Both the position numbers and the translations under genes were made by a program. Shown piece by piece: positions 37,586-50,271 of a stretch of 64,000 bases of DNA. The DNA is from Camelus ferus (Eukaryota), in the NCBI RefSeq assembly GCF_009834535.1, contig NC_045696.1:24430001-24494000 (forward strand). Reading direction: 5' to 3'. How positions within the stretch are numbered: the first letter of the stretch is position 1; every line of letters begins with the position of its first letter. The notes beneath the pieces are model-generated. The model worked only from the letters and a program-made list of their open reading frames with translations. It had not been told where the DNA came from and did no database searches.

Positions 37586-40500
37586 CTTTTATTTTTTATT
37601 ATTATTGTTTTACTTGCTGATTAACTACTTAACTAGATATTAATAGAATTTACTTCCCATTACCTAAATCACTCCTGGCAGTAATTTGGACCCTCAGGGT
37701 TGTACATTAATTTTTTCAGAGCCCAGGGGCACCATTTAGTACTCTTGAGCAATAGTGCTATGTACTAAATAGCACAGGGCGACCTGAAGCTGGCTCACTG
37801 ATCATTTAGTTATAGATCAAAAACTGACTTTAAGAGATCATCTGGCCCAGGATCCTGAGGGGAATAATGCATCATACAAAACATAGGTTTTATTCTTTTC
37901 CTGAAGCTCTCCAGGGATGGACACTCCATCCTGCTTCTCATTAATGAGAAAGAAACACACCTACATACACTAACAGACACATACATTCATTTACTGCTCA
38001 TAAGAAAGCAATGTGTTAAATGCTGATGGTGAGAGAATAGAGGGTGGAGGGAGATGAGTAAAAGAAGAATTCATCAATTCTTTCAAAAAATGAACACATT
38101 AATAAAGAGCGAATGCAGACAAAATGATTTATGAAGCTCATAAGTCTAATTTTTAGTTCTTTTCACGTGATCCGAATTTATGTAAATGTTCTAAGGAACT
38201 TCAATTCATAATTAGTTAACAATCAAATCTACACACGATACCTACATATCACTTCAAACTGGCCGAAAGGGCAGATTAAAGTTTAAATAGCAAAAGTAAC
38301 TAGTGTTAACACGATTAGAAGTAGAGCATTAAGGAAACTGGCAGAACCTCCTTCTGAAGGGAGCTGAACCACTATATTTCATTTTATTAAATCATGAATA
38401 TTTCTGTGTTTTCAAATAAGATAAATGTGAAATTAATTTATGGTGTCAGAAGGAAATGAGTCCTGGTGAACTGTGATATCTTCAGCCATAAATCAACTTT
38501 TTAAAATTAAAATACTGTTTAGAATCTTTGTGCACCACAACTTGAAGATCATTGTTCTGTACCACCATTATTTCTTCTATTTATGAATGAATGTAGGTGG
38601 TATCTATAATTCCAACTTTCTGTTTCGGGAGTTCCACCTCCAGGCTGACATGCCATCTCAGTATGTCAGAGAACTCGTTCCCAGCTTGCTGCACTCCATT
38701 TCTTTCTGACAGCCAGAAATTTGATTTTTATAATGAGGTGTATATCGTAGAAAAGGGTTGTCTATAAAAGACTTCAGCAGAGATACGATCAGGAGTATAA
38801 GAGTTGATGTCAGCGGCGCTGTAGTTTAAAAAAGAACGTCAGAAATAAGGGCACCAGCAGAGATGAAGGGGGCTTCAGTTTACACATGTGTTCTGTACCT
38901 GTGTTTTTTTGTAAATACTTACAGTCTTTATTTTATGCACTTTTTTTAAAAAATCACATCATTTTGTGTATACATTTTTATATCTTTTTTTTAAACCACT
39001 GAGCTTTACATTGTAAGTATTTCTCTCCGTGATTTGTAATAGTATTATAACTATAATTGAGTCCAAATGTTCAAATAAGGTAATGCCTCTAGGATAAACT
39101 CCCTTTCACGTTGATACAAAGAAATACGACTCTCTGATGTTCATCAACCACACCATGGCCAAGGCTGGTTCAACAGAAGGAAAACAGAAGTATAGATAAT
39201 TTTAAAACAGGGAATTAAATCTTTGTCACTTCATGGGCCCGAGTGTGTAATACCATGCCTAGTTAAATCGTGAGAGCTAAAAAAGAGAGAGCTATAGGAA
39301 ACGGGTAATAGACAGGACCCCTTAAACTCTCTAGCAGATACAAAACAACAAAAAGTTTCAAAGGAAAATGTACCACAAGATAGGATCTCAGTATATGGTG
39401 GGGGAGAAAATTAGCAGTGGGATATTTCATGTTTGGATCATTTTTCCCTCTGATGGTCGTCAAGTGGGCTGTCTAATGGACAGAGGCATGGCATGATACA
39501 CGTGGTAATCTTTGGCATCCCTCTGTGGCTTCCCACTAAGCAAGGCGAAGTCAATAGGGGGCATTCTCCCTTCCTACTGACCCACACTTGAGCATAATCA
39601 TAGCGTGACATCACTGTGAGGACCCTAGACATACAGAACAAAAAAAGAGAATTTAGGACTGTGGCATTGAAAGAGTAATCTTTACTGAGATGAGAAAGTT
39701 TCTTGTGTCCTAGGTGATGGAGAAGATAAAGGTTTTATTTCAGGATTTAAGCGTGGCATTGGTACTTCTGGTATTTAGTCAGCTTCTTATTTTATCATTA
39801 TCCTTGCATACTTTTCCCCAACTTTGCATCTCCAAGGACTATTAGAAAGAAAATGAACAAATGAAATGTACACCCTCCTCAGCATTCTTGTTCTGTCTCC
39901 TTCCGTAGCCCCAGTGAATGTTATCAGGTGATACTGGCTTAACAGCTACATAGTATCAGTGTAGACTGGAATGTGCTTATCTTTAATTTACCAATTGGGT
40001 AAATTGCAGCATTTATGCATAAAATAAAAGTGACATGATCATAGATATGTAATGTTACAGCTATACAATCCTGGAAAGCCAGATAAAATTTCAGTCCAAA
40101 ATGCATATTCAAATATTTGTGTACAAAATACAAAGCACTCACATAGAATGATAAATTCTAGTTAAATATCTAAATATTTACTTACATAACCCCAAACATC
40201 TTAATATTTGAGAAATATCCAGCTAACTGATTAGATGTTTCTATACTCCATGCAGATATTTGGCAATAGTTATTGGTGGATTTACCCATGAAACAATTAT
40301 GTGGAGATATGCAATCCTTTGTCACCTGAGAAAAGTTTGGGTAGTAAGAGGGACATAGGTCTTGAGAAATTATATGCATTTTCTCTTTCCATGACATGTC
40401 TCACATGTTTCCAGTTATTCTTTAACCATGATCAAGTTTTAAGATTAACGTCCTCTCAGTTAAGATTAAGGTTAGGTGCAGGAAGTGGGGGTGGATCATG

Positions 40501-41729
40501 GATATAAAAACATCTTCTATTTTATATAGGGCTTATATCACCACTTGGACAAATTCCAAGCCTGTTGGCTCAGATGCTCTATCCATAGATTTATTTGACT
40601 CTTAAATAACAATTTGAGAAACTCTAATGTTGCTGACAAGGCTTATAATGAAGAGTCACAAGAAAAACCTATTTGTTTCTCTATATTTGCCTGTTTGCAC
40701 ATCATTCCTCCTGTTGGATTAGTGAGCAGAAGGAATTGTAAAACCACAGGGGAACGGTTTAAATGGGATAATGCAGACATTAGAGAATGATTAACAGTAA
40801 TTTCACAAAGGTGGAAGGTAAGCTGCTCATTTTTATGGAATGGAACAAATGTGTTTGGAATGATTAACAAAATAAGACATGAAAAAAATGGAAAAAATGT
40901 AGCCACTCAATTCTATTTGGGTAACAAACCATATGCGATATAAATGCAAATTCTCTCCCAAATTCACATACTTAACATTATTTAGTATTAAACTTCAGCT
41001 AGACTGTGGCAGACAACCTGCACAGAACATAAAAACCACAGTGCTTAAATGCCAGCCATCCCACTCAGTTAAAAGGCAGTTTATGTGATGTGTATTTTTC
41101 TTGAATCTTTTTATCCTACATAAGCCAGCATAACTCAGTGCTTATCAAAAGCAGTTGAATAAAGCCTAAACAATCTGCCATAACTAATAGGTCATCCAAG
41201 ACACTTAAATCCAGAAAGCTTCCAGTTATCTTGTACAATAAAGAAAATTCACCCATTCATTCATTCCACATGTATTTTACCTCTATTTAATGCAGGGTAC
41301 TATCTTCAGTGTTGTGAGGAATGCAAAAGAATCTGTATAAAGTTTTGTCTTATAGAAGCTGTCTATTCAAAATAAGTTTGTTACCATCCAGAGGCACTTG
41401 TTTTTCCATCACTTAAGCTAGGTTGGGACCAGCTTTAATTTCTGGAGTGTTGCTACTGTATCCTTCTGAAGCAACTTCTGATATCATCCAACCACCTTTT
41501 CCTCTTTGCTTCCTTGCATCTGTTTAGAAGTGGATGGGCCCAAGAATGTCTTTAAAATTACTACCTCTAGACCTCTCTAAAACAGCATGCCACATGGTTA
41601 GCTTTGCTTCATCTTTACTGCCCTCTGATCCATGGATCTGAATAACACAATGAGGGTGCTCTGGAGCTTTAGTAATATGAGGAAGGTTCATTCCTAGGAA
41701 GGTTCACAATTATTATTGAACCTTAAATC

Positions 41730-41860
41730 CTTGCTAAAACATGTGGTCCAGCAGCATGGACCTCACCTGAGGATTTCTTACAAAAGCAGAATCTCCAGTT
41801 GCATATCAGATGTAATGAATCAGAATCTGCACTCACATGCACATTGAGGTTTGAGCACTG
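41730..41860. mobile_element. MER5-like MITE
   Basis: gtggtccagcagcatggacctcacctgag...gcagaatctc...gaatcagaatctgca...gtttgagcactg. Confidence 0.65.
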
Positions 41861-42049
41861 TAATAAACTGCTGAAAGATAAATGAATTGGAGGAGCCCTC
41901 CTTTATATTCTTAATCTGAGTGCTGATTAATTAAGGCATAGTTGATCAGAATGGTTTAATGAAGTCTTATTTTCTTGCAGACATGGGACTGCACAGAAAG
42001 GTAGTGGCTTGACCAAGTAAACCCTTGCATGGCTTACTAACAGGTTTGT

Positions 42050-42330
42050 ATATCATTAAGCAGATGGTATGGGAGCCATTGGAAAATGTTGGAACAAAAT
42101 GTGACATGACCAGATGCATATTTTAGAAAGTGTGGGGAGTGAAGAGAAAGGACTGCATTTAGAGTCAGAGAGAATAATTAAGAGATGATAGCAATAGTCT
42201 ACAATAAGAATAAGAACACAGGCATGACAGTCATAGCAGGAATGGAGAAGAGGAAAGAAAAAGGAAGAGCTATTCTCAGGAGGTGTAAGGGTGAGGAGGA
42301 CTGTAGAATTGCCTGTACTCATTCAGCTTG
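42050..42330 (-). mobile_element. L2 remnant
   Basis: tgggagccattggaaaatgtt...gtgacatgaccagatgcatattttagaaag. Confidence 0.6.
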
Positions 42331-42492
42331 GGCAAAGTGAGAGTGAATTGCTCTTGGCAGAATCATTTTCATTGTTGTAGTAAATAATTACTTGCCATTT
42401 TTATAAAGGAAAAAGAATCGATGCCCTTCTGAGGATGAGTTATACTTGTTTTAAGAATTTAGAAGATAATTCTATCAATAATTTCAGAATCA

Positions 42493-44381
42493 GAGAGTGG
42501 CCAATGTGGCGTAGTAGAAGGACCCTAGACTCCTCTCACTGACACACCAAAATCACAGCTTATTGCAGAACGACCATTGAAGGAAAAGACTGGAACCTAC
42601 CAGAAAAGATCTTCTACAACTAAGGACGTGAAAGAACCACAGTGAGATGGGTAGGAGGGGTGGGCTCATGATAAAAATCAAATCCCATACCCCCTGGGTG
42701 AGAGACTCACAAACGAGAATTATTATATTACAGAGGTCCTCCCACAGAAGTGAAAGTTCTAAGCCCCACATCAGGCTTCCCTGGGGGTCTAACAACAGGA
42801 AGAGGAGCTTCTGAAGCCTTTGGCTTTGAAGGCCAGTGGAGCTTGACTGCAGGAGCTCCACAGGATTGGGGGAAACAGACTTCACTCTCAAAGGGTGCAC
42901 ATGGAATCTCACGTGCACTGGGCCAAGGGCAAAAGCAGTGATTTGATAAGAGCCTGGGCCAGATCTACCTGCTGGCCTTGGAGGGTCTCCTGGGGAGGTG
43001 GAGAGGGGGTGGCTTTGACTCACTCTGGGGACATAGACACTGGTGGAGGACATATTGGGGAGCATTCATCTGCATGAGATCTCCTAGAAGCTGACATCTT
43101 GGCACCAAGATTTGACCCCACACAGCCTGTAGGTTCCAGTGCTGGGATGCCTCAGGCCAAATAACAAACTGGGAAGGGACACAGGTCCCATTCATCAGCA
43201 GACAGTCTGCCTAAAGTCTTCCTGAGCCCACAGCTGCCTCTAGACAAGCCCCTAGACACAGCCCTGCCCATCAGAGGGCCAAGACCCAGCTCCACCCACC
43301 AGTGGGCAGTCACTGGCCCTTCCCTCTAGGAAGTCTACATAAACCTCCAGACCAGCTTCAACCACCAGGGGGCAGATGCCAGAAGCATGAAAACAACAGT
43401 CCTGCAGCCTGCAGCATGAGTCCACAAACACAGACCAGACACTACCCTGGGACTGGCTGGCCCTTCATGCTTGGGTGACAAGAGGGGAGTGTACTGCTGA
43501 GATTCATAGAATGTCTCCTACAGAGAGACACCTCCAAGTTCAGGAAACTAACATACCACATACATAAAAATACAAATAGCAATATAGACAAAGTGAGGAG
43601 ACAGAGAAATATGTTTCAGATGAAGGAATAAGATAAAACCCCAGAAGAAGAACTAAGTGATGTGGAGATAGGCAATCCACCCCAGAAAGATCGTAAAGAT
43701 GACTGAAGAACTCAAGGGGAGAATGGATGCGCAGAACGAAAAGTTAGAAGCTTTTAACAAAGAATTAGAAATTATAAAGCATAACCAAATAGAATTGAAA
43801 AATACAAAAACTGAAATGAAAAATACACTGGAAGGAAACAACAGTAGACTGAATAATGCAGAAGAACACATCAATGAGTTGGAAAACAGAGTAGTGGAAA
43901 TCACTGTTGCTGAATTGAAAAAAAAAAAAGAATGAAAAGAAATGAGGACAGTTTCAAACCTCTGGGATAACATCAAACAGACTAATATTTGCATTACAGG
44001 AGTCCCAGAAGGTGAAGAGAGGGATAAAGGGCCTGAGAACATAATTGAAGAAATAATAGCTGAAAACTTCCCTGCAAAATTCACCAGTAAAAGTAAACAT
44101 TCAGTAAAGGCAGGAAATCATTCACACACAGAGCTAGTAGGGAGGTTCAAAGGCAACAGGAGTAAAACCATTGATAGCCACAATAAGCAGTTAACTGATA
44201 CACACAATAATTAGATGTAAAATATGATATCCAAAACGGTAATCTTCAGAGGAGGAGAGTACAAATGCAGGGTATCTAAAATGCGTTTGAAAGTAAGAGA
44301 TCAGATTGTACACCTGAAACTAGCACATTATTGTAAATTATACTTCAGTAAAAATGGTTATAAAAATTAAAAAAGCAAAGG
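42493..44381 (+). mobile_element. Internally deleted L1 (cetartiodactyl-type): 5'UTR, partial ORF1, inter-ORF piece, 3' terminus
   Basis: TSD atttcagaatca at 42481-42492 and 44382-44393; L1 5'UTR; ORF1 coiled-coil/RRM peptides; 3' motif ttgtacacctgaaacta...tatacttcagtaaaa. Confidence 0.9.
43593..44073 (+). pseudogene. Disrupted L1 ORF1p N-terminal half
   Basis: KLEAFNKELEIIKHNQIELKNTKTEMKNTLEGNNSRLNNAEEHINELENRVVEI and LWDNIKQTNICITGVPEGEERDKGPENIIEEIIAENFP; presumed start is GTG, with stops and frameshifts. Confidence 0.9.
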
Positions 44382-44889
44382 ATTTCAGAATCAATACCAA
44401 ATGGAGAGGCCCAGGCTGCTCTTCCTGAAGATCTAGGCCGAGAAGCTATCCTGAAATGCACTGTCAAGACTAGCCTATAATAGAAGAGAATTGGCTATGA
44501 GCTGTGATTGATTTATTTCCTCTACAAGGAAAGCAAATATGAACAAGACTTTCTTCACATGTTGGTAGGTTCCATTTTTGCTTACATGATATGATTTAAG
44601 GAACAATTTCAAAAGCCTTCCCTGCCCCTGTCCTTACTGGTGTCCCAAGTTGTCATCATTGTAGAAGAGCCATGCATTTGGAGTAGGAAGTTGCCCATGT
44701 CAGGAGAAGACTCTGAAGATATTCCTGGGCTATTGAGACAATAGAGAGTCAGGACAGGTGAGGTCAGATCTCATGCAGAATTACAGAAATGTGCATGAGT
44801 ATGAGAAGCCCTTTCTTTGTATTTCCAATGAGAGTGTGGTTTAATTAGAGGATAGCAAGTCAGGTTATGGCCTAATGAGGTCTTATTTA

Positions 44890-45015
44890 GAGTTTCTCAA
44901 ATGTTAATGTCTTTGCAAACGTCTGAGGATCTTATTAAAATGGAGATTCTGATTCAGTAGGTTTGAGATGAGGCTGAGATGTATCTCTAAAAAGCTCCAG
45001 GTGATGCTAGGCTGA
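44890..45015. mobile_element. MER5A-like MITE
   Basis: ggatcttattaaaatggagattctgattcagtaggtttgagatgaggctgagat...gctccaggtgatgct. Confidence 0.75.
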
Positions 45016-47339
45016 AAACCCTGGTTTAAATAAAACACCAGGAAGTGAGCAGTAAGGTGACCATAAGTTAACAAATGAATTACCTCCCAGGACGCTGAAG
45101 GAAAGAGACACAGGGTAGGTAGTGTGGGGTGTGGTGGGGGTGGTGTTGGTAGGATTTCTTTGCCTTGATACTTCCTTCACATAAAGGATGCCTCAGAATG
45201 CCTTTCATTTATATGGCAAAGAGAAACTGGTTCGAGCGATGCTTTATTTCTATGAACATTCACAACAGGTTATGTAAGGCACACTTGTCATCATGCAATC
45301 ATAGAAATCTTCACTTTTCTGAGAGTAGGGGTCAAAGGCATGGGTAACCTTGCTATCCCCAACTGGTTTATAAACAAAATGCCTCAAGATAATTTAAAAA
45401 GAATCTGCAGCCAGATTCACAAATCCACAAACTGTAAGAAAATAAAAATGAAGAAAAAAATATTTACAAAGACAGGGAACTGGAGGTGATTTAATAGAAT
45501 CTCCATCTCAAATATACCTCATTCTACACCGCTTGCTTGCATATTTTCAGCTGAACTCACTTTTATGTTTTTTGGACAATCTAAATGCTCACATTTTCCA
45601 CTTTGTATAGACACATCGTGATTGTAATTAGAAGCTAAAATGAATCTAGCTGAATATAATCCAAAGCATAAAGCTGAAGTGAAGACATTAGATACAGGTG
45701 ACAGAACACCTTCAGGTACAATTAAAAGATTGGCTCTGGCTATATTTATCATTGTCCCTTCTTGCATAAAAAGTACTGGTTTATTTTTACTGAAAGATTA
45801 AAATTTTACTAAATGTTGACACCTTAGACAGCAACAATGCTAACAAATGGAAATTTCACCTGGCCTGAATCCAGCCTGTACAAAACTTCTTATTCATCAG
45901 GTACAACAGTTACTTTATCTGTATCAGCTTATTGAGTTATTTTATATTTTAAATAGATTAAAAATATGTGACTGCATAATATTACCTGGCTTTGAAAATT
46001 AAGCCTGTGGCTATTCCTGCTATATCGTCATTCTCTGCACTTGTTCCCCCGACAGACAGGCACAGCATAAAAAGAGGATTAAACCTGTTTTCCGTATCCG
46101 CAACTTTCTCAGGGATAACACAGAAATCTCCATCATTCATACAGCCTAGAGAGTTCGAAAGCATTAACAGTTTATCTGGCTTATCTGTTATAAAAGCTAG
46201 ACAGTATACATATATTTAAACCAATCACACAATCCAACCATCGTGCAAAATAGTTGTATTGCAAGTTTGATGGGTACAATTCCTGCTGAATGAATAAAAG
46301 AGGGCATGCTCCTGGAAAAACTGGCATCCAATAAACTTGGTAAGAAAAATCTCATCTAAAATGGTTGAAAAAAGTATCTGGGGAAACACACTGCTTTGCA
46401 AGAAAGGTACTACCTTTGATGTGTAAATTTTTTTTTTTTTCTGAATTTGTCAGGATGAACGACATAAGGCATTGACTTTTGCAAGAAAAAAGTTAACAAT
46501 TGCTTTAGTCACCTATACAAAACTTTAATTACAATGTTCCTGGGGTTATTTCACCATCCCTTATCGCTTGTTCAGAAGAACTGCTTTTAAGAGCTGAGTT
46601 CAAACGGCTTGCAGGGCTGGCCTTGGGCAAACTCGAGAAGGAAAAGTTATTGTTCAGTAACCTGCAATGCCTTCCCATTTTTTCCCTTCTTTTCATTCTC
46701 TTTCTAGCCCTCAGTGTATGTCTGATGTAGGGGATCTATTTATTTATTTATTTTTTATGCAAAGTCAAAGGTTTGTTATGGGAAAGGAAAAGTGATTTCT
46801 GACATCCATATAAGCTAGTTAACAGAATGCATTTCCTAAAGCCAAATGAATACTTGACAAATCTACTCCATTTTCTTCAGGTATCATTATGTATATTGCA
46901 GGACAATTGATTATAATTTATATTTTATGTGTTGTCAGGAGATCCATATTGCTAGAAATACTGTATTGTTAAGGGAGTGTCTCCCAAAGCCTAGTTTAAA
47001 CAAGTTTTCAAAACAAACAGCAAAAGTCAACATACAAAATGAAAATTATCATCTTTTGTAAAATACAGAAAATATGATACCAGAAAAATAAAATTAGGTA
47101 AGATGAATCTCTCTCCCTCTTTGTTTATGTCTCCATCTCTTTCCCTCCCACCCTTCCTCTGTTCTATTTGAAATTCTTAAAGTATCAAAAAGATGAAAAA
47201 AAAAAAAAAAGGACTGACAAATGAACACAAAAATAGTCAAAAGACAGTTGAATTTAGTTGAAAGGGCCACTGAGGGAACTGACCAGCAGTAGAAATAGTT
47301 TTTCGGTGACTGGACTTTAGATGCCGCTCTGGATTCTAA

Positions 47340-47515
47340 CGGCATGGTCAGAAATCCTCTTGCCTTAGAATCACTTGCCAGTTTATTTAATATATGGATG
47401 CCTGAGCCCTGCCACAGACCTCTGAACCAGCCTCTGGAAGTTGGACCTTCATCAGCGTTTTAAAAAAGCCCCTCTGATATGCTTATTATGCACATCACAG
47501 TTTGAAAACCTCTGC
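47340..47515. mobile_element. MER5-like MITE
   Basis: ttagaatcacttg...gatgcctgagccctgccacagacctctgaaccag...agtttgaaaacctctg. Confidence 0.6.
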
Positions 47516-47787
47516 ATGATTGGATTCTAGAATCAACTGGCCTTCTGTGCTTGACAGTGCCAGTATCTAAGGCTAATGATCTTCTTTTCCTTGCATTGAA
47601 GATGTGCAAAAAATGTCATGTTGCTTTACAAAGTACCTTTTAGAGTTATCTGTCCCTGAAAGAACAGGAAAGTTACAAGTCAGCTCCCACCGAAGAGTTC
47701 TCAACTTCATGCAGTTGTTCCCATTGTTTTGTAGTATTCCTTACATCCACTATTAAGTGCCAGCTCTTAAAAAACCAACACAAAACA

Positions 47788-48207
47788 TGTTGACGAGCGA
47801 AGCCAAGTTTACTAATCTACTAGTGTAAGAAAGAATGCTGCCTGATTGAGTCTTAGAAGTGTCTCAAGAAGACAACTGGCAGGAGAGGGTATTTATAGGG
47901 TCTGGAGTCTGGGTGTAAGTGGGTCTTAGGGTGAATAGTTCATGGTGGGAAACTGATTGGACCTGGGTAATATTTATGACATAATAGTTTAGTTTTTGGT
48001 GGACTTAAGAGGATAGGGTCTTGAAGTCAATCTTGATAAGTTAACTGAAATTTGAGAAGTGAGTTGTTTGCCCAGGTGAGCAATCTGTTGTCCTGATAGG
48101 AGAGCAAAATATTTGTCCAGACAAGTTGTTTTACAGAAATTTTTCTAAAGCAAACAGCAAAGTTACTTATTGCTTTATAATCTTATCTTCTTGGCTCTCA
48201 CTAACAA
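47788..48207 (-). mobile_element. ERV1-class solo LTR (MER110/MER90/MER67-like)
   Basis: TG...CA ends; minus strand has accctataaatac (TATA) and agtaaacttggcttcgctcgtcaaca. Confidence 0.65.
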
Positions 48208-48519
48208 TGGCCAGGCTCTGCAGATGGAAGTCTTATTTCTCAAACCAAGGAAGAGCAAAGAGGCATTTTCTGAGATCTCTTCACTCTAAATTCTTGGCGA
48301 ACTCTATTCAACAAATGTTAATATGCAGTAAAAGATGGGAAGTGCCAGGGACACACACTGGTATTGTCCCCCAGGTGTGTGCATGTGCACGCACATACTA
48401 CCTACGACCGACAGTAATAAGCAATTGCAATATTCCTTCCCGCTCATCCTGAACTTGGCCTCGTGGTGTTTTTCAAAGCAGCATTTAGGCAATCATTTTC
48501 TATTCATCAGAGCAGTCAC

Positions 48520-49040
48520 TCAAACTGCAACCTAAGGGACTGTGTTCAGTATCTGGGGAATATAAAGGTGAATCATGTGTACACTGTGTTCCCAAGGAGT
48601 TTGGAGTTAAGAACCAGCAGGAGCACCCTGAGAACATTGTTATGTGTGCGGTTAGAGCAAAGGGTATATGAAGATGACTAGTATGTAAGTACAGAGAGAG
48701 AAGTGTTGGCCGTTATAAGTGACCTTAAAGTGAGAACAGAGTGTGTGACACTTGACTGATAGGGAACAGGAAGTGAGTGAGTGAATCGGGAAAAGCTACA
48801 AATGAAAGAATTACTGTTTTGAGAAGATTATTAATCTGGAAGTAGACAAGAGATCCTATAAAGGAAAAAAAAATGTGGAACGCTACTGCAGGAATTTGGG
48901 GAAGAACATAAGTTAAGAACAGATTAGGCTGGCTGTAGGTAGACGGAAAGGAGGCGGCAGGTGGAGAAGCACATTACAGACATAGAAGTGACATGTCTTG
49001 ACTGTAGTGGTTAGTTGTATGGAAGCAATTACAGGAGTAG
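48520..49040 (-). mobile_element. L2 remnant
   Basis: gggactgtgttcagtatctggggaatataaaggtgaatca...caaggagtttggagt. Confidence 0.5.
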
Positions 49041-49399
49041 GAAGAAATGGTTTTTAAAAATATAAATTTTGCATTTGGAACCACCACAAAAAGTTGAAAC
49101 ATCAAAAACTGTTAAATTTTGAAAAACAACATAAAGAAACAGTTGTAATCAGAATTCAATACACATGAGGAGAAAGAGTTTGAGAGAGATTTGACCGTTG
49201 TGGTGCCTTCTCTTGATTCTGTCTGCTTAATTTCTCTTCCTTTGGGAAATTACCTGTTCTCCTCTCCATGGGACTTTTGTGGAATACAAAACTCCAGACC
49301 CTGTCCCTCTTGACCACAAGATCGCCGCATATCCCACACTCCACCGAGGATTTTTAAAGTGAGATACTCGGACATGGAGGGTGGTGGGAGCCAGCCTCC

Positions 49400-49895
49400 A
49401 GATGACGGTGCCCTGAGGAGGCTTTGTGTGTTAATACCATCGAGTTTGCGAAGATACCCTAGTTCTCATCCTTCTGGAGATCTGGTGATTGAGTTCTCCC
49501 TTTGAGCCTATAAACTATTCAATGAGAGCCGAAGCCAACACAACCCCCTGTCCCTGTGTGGGCAACACTGAGATCCAGCAAATGCAGCTTAGCTGCTTGC
49601 TCCGGGCTATCCTTGTTCCTGGAATGTTGTGAACCACTTAAAACCAAGACTAACAGCTTGCTCATCAAGACTCATTTCAAGGCACTTACCTCACTGCGTT
49701 CACTTAATCTAAAGCTATTGTATTATAAATTCTGCCCGAATAGCTCCCTGCTTTGCTGACTTGCTTTTCAATCACTATATCCGGTCCTTAAAACCCTATA
49801 GAGATTGACCTTCTGTAGTGCAGTAAGTCTAATAAATTTAGCTTTGCTTGATCAACAAGTTTTTCTGGTGATCTTTTGGGGAGCCAAAAGTCGAT
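49400..49895 (+). mobile_element. ERV1-class solo LTR (MER110/MER90-like)
   Basis: aaaaccctata, cagtaagtctaataaatttagctttgcttgatcaaca; similar to the reverse complement of 47788-48207. Confidence 0.65.
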
Positions 49896-50271
49896 GCTAG
49901 TAAACAATCAATAAATCTTTTTTTAATTTTCTGGATAAATCAGATAAAATTAAATCCTGTTGCCTGAAAGTAAAAATTGCTAGTTGTATAATTCATTAAG
50001 GTAGATGTTCACGGAATGTCATTTTGAGTGTAATTTGTCCCATAAAATTAGATTGCAAATTTCTGGAGGGCAAAAAAATCTGTCATACTAGGAGCTAATG
50101 TTAAATAATGTGGAATATAAAGAAACAGACAAACTACTTTGTGCCATGTCTTGTCTCTCAGTTACCAGCATATCGCCTTAATAAAAGCAGATCTCTGATA
50201 ACAGTTGTTTGACAATAGCTGAATCTATTGTGCTAATTACATGAGGGCTGTAACTTTTCGAAGAAAAACAC

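Noticed and set aside
42553..43065. 170-aa antisense ORF as an L1 ORF0-like gene
   Set aside because: Lies in a decayed GC-rich 5'UTR where long open frames arise by chance; no independent support.
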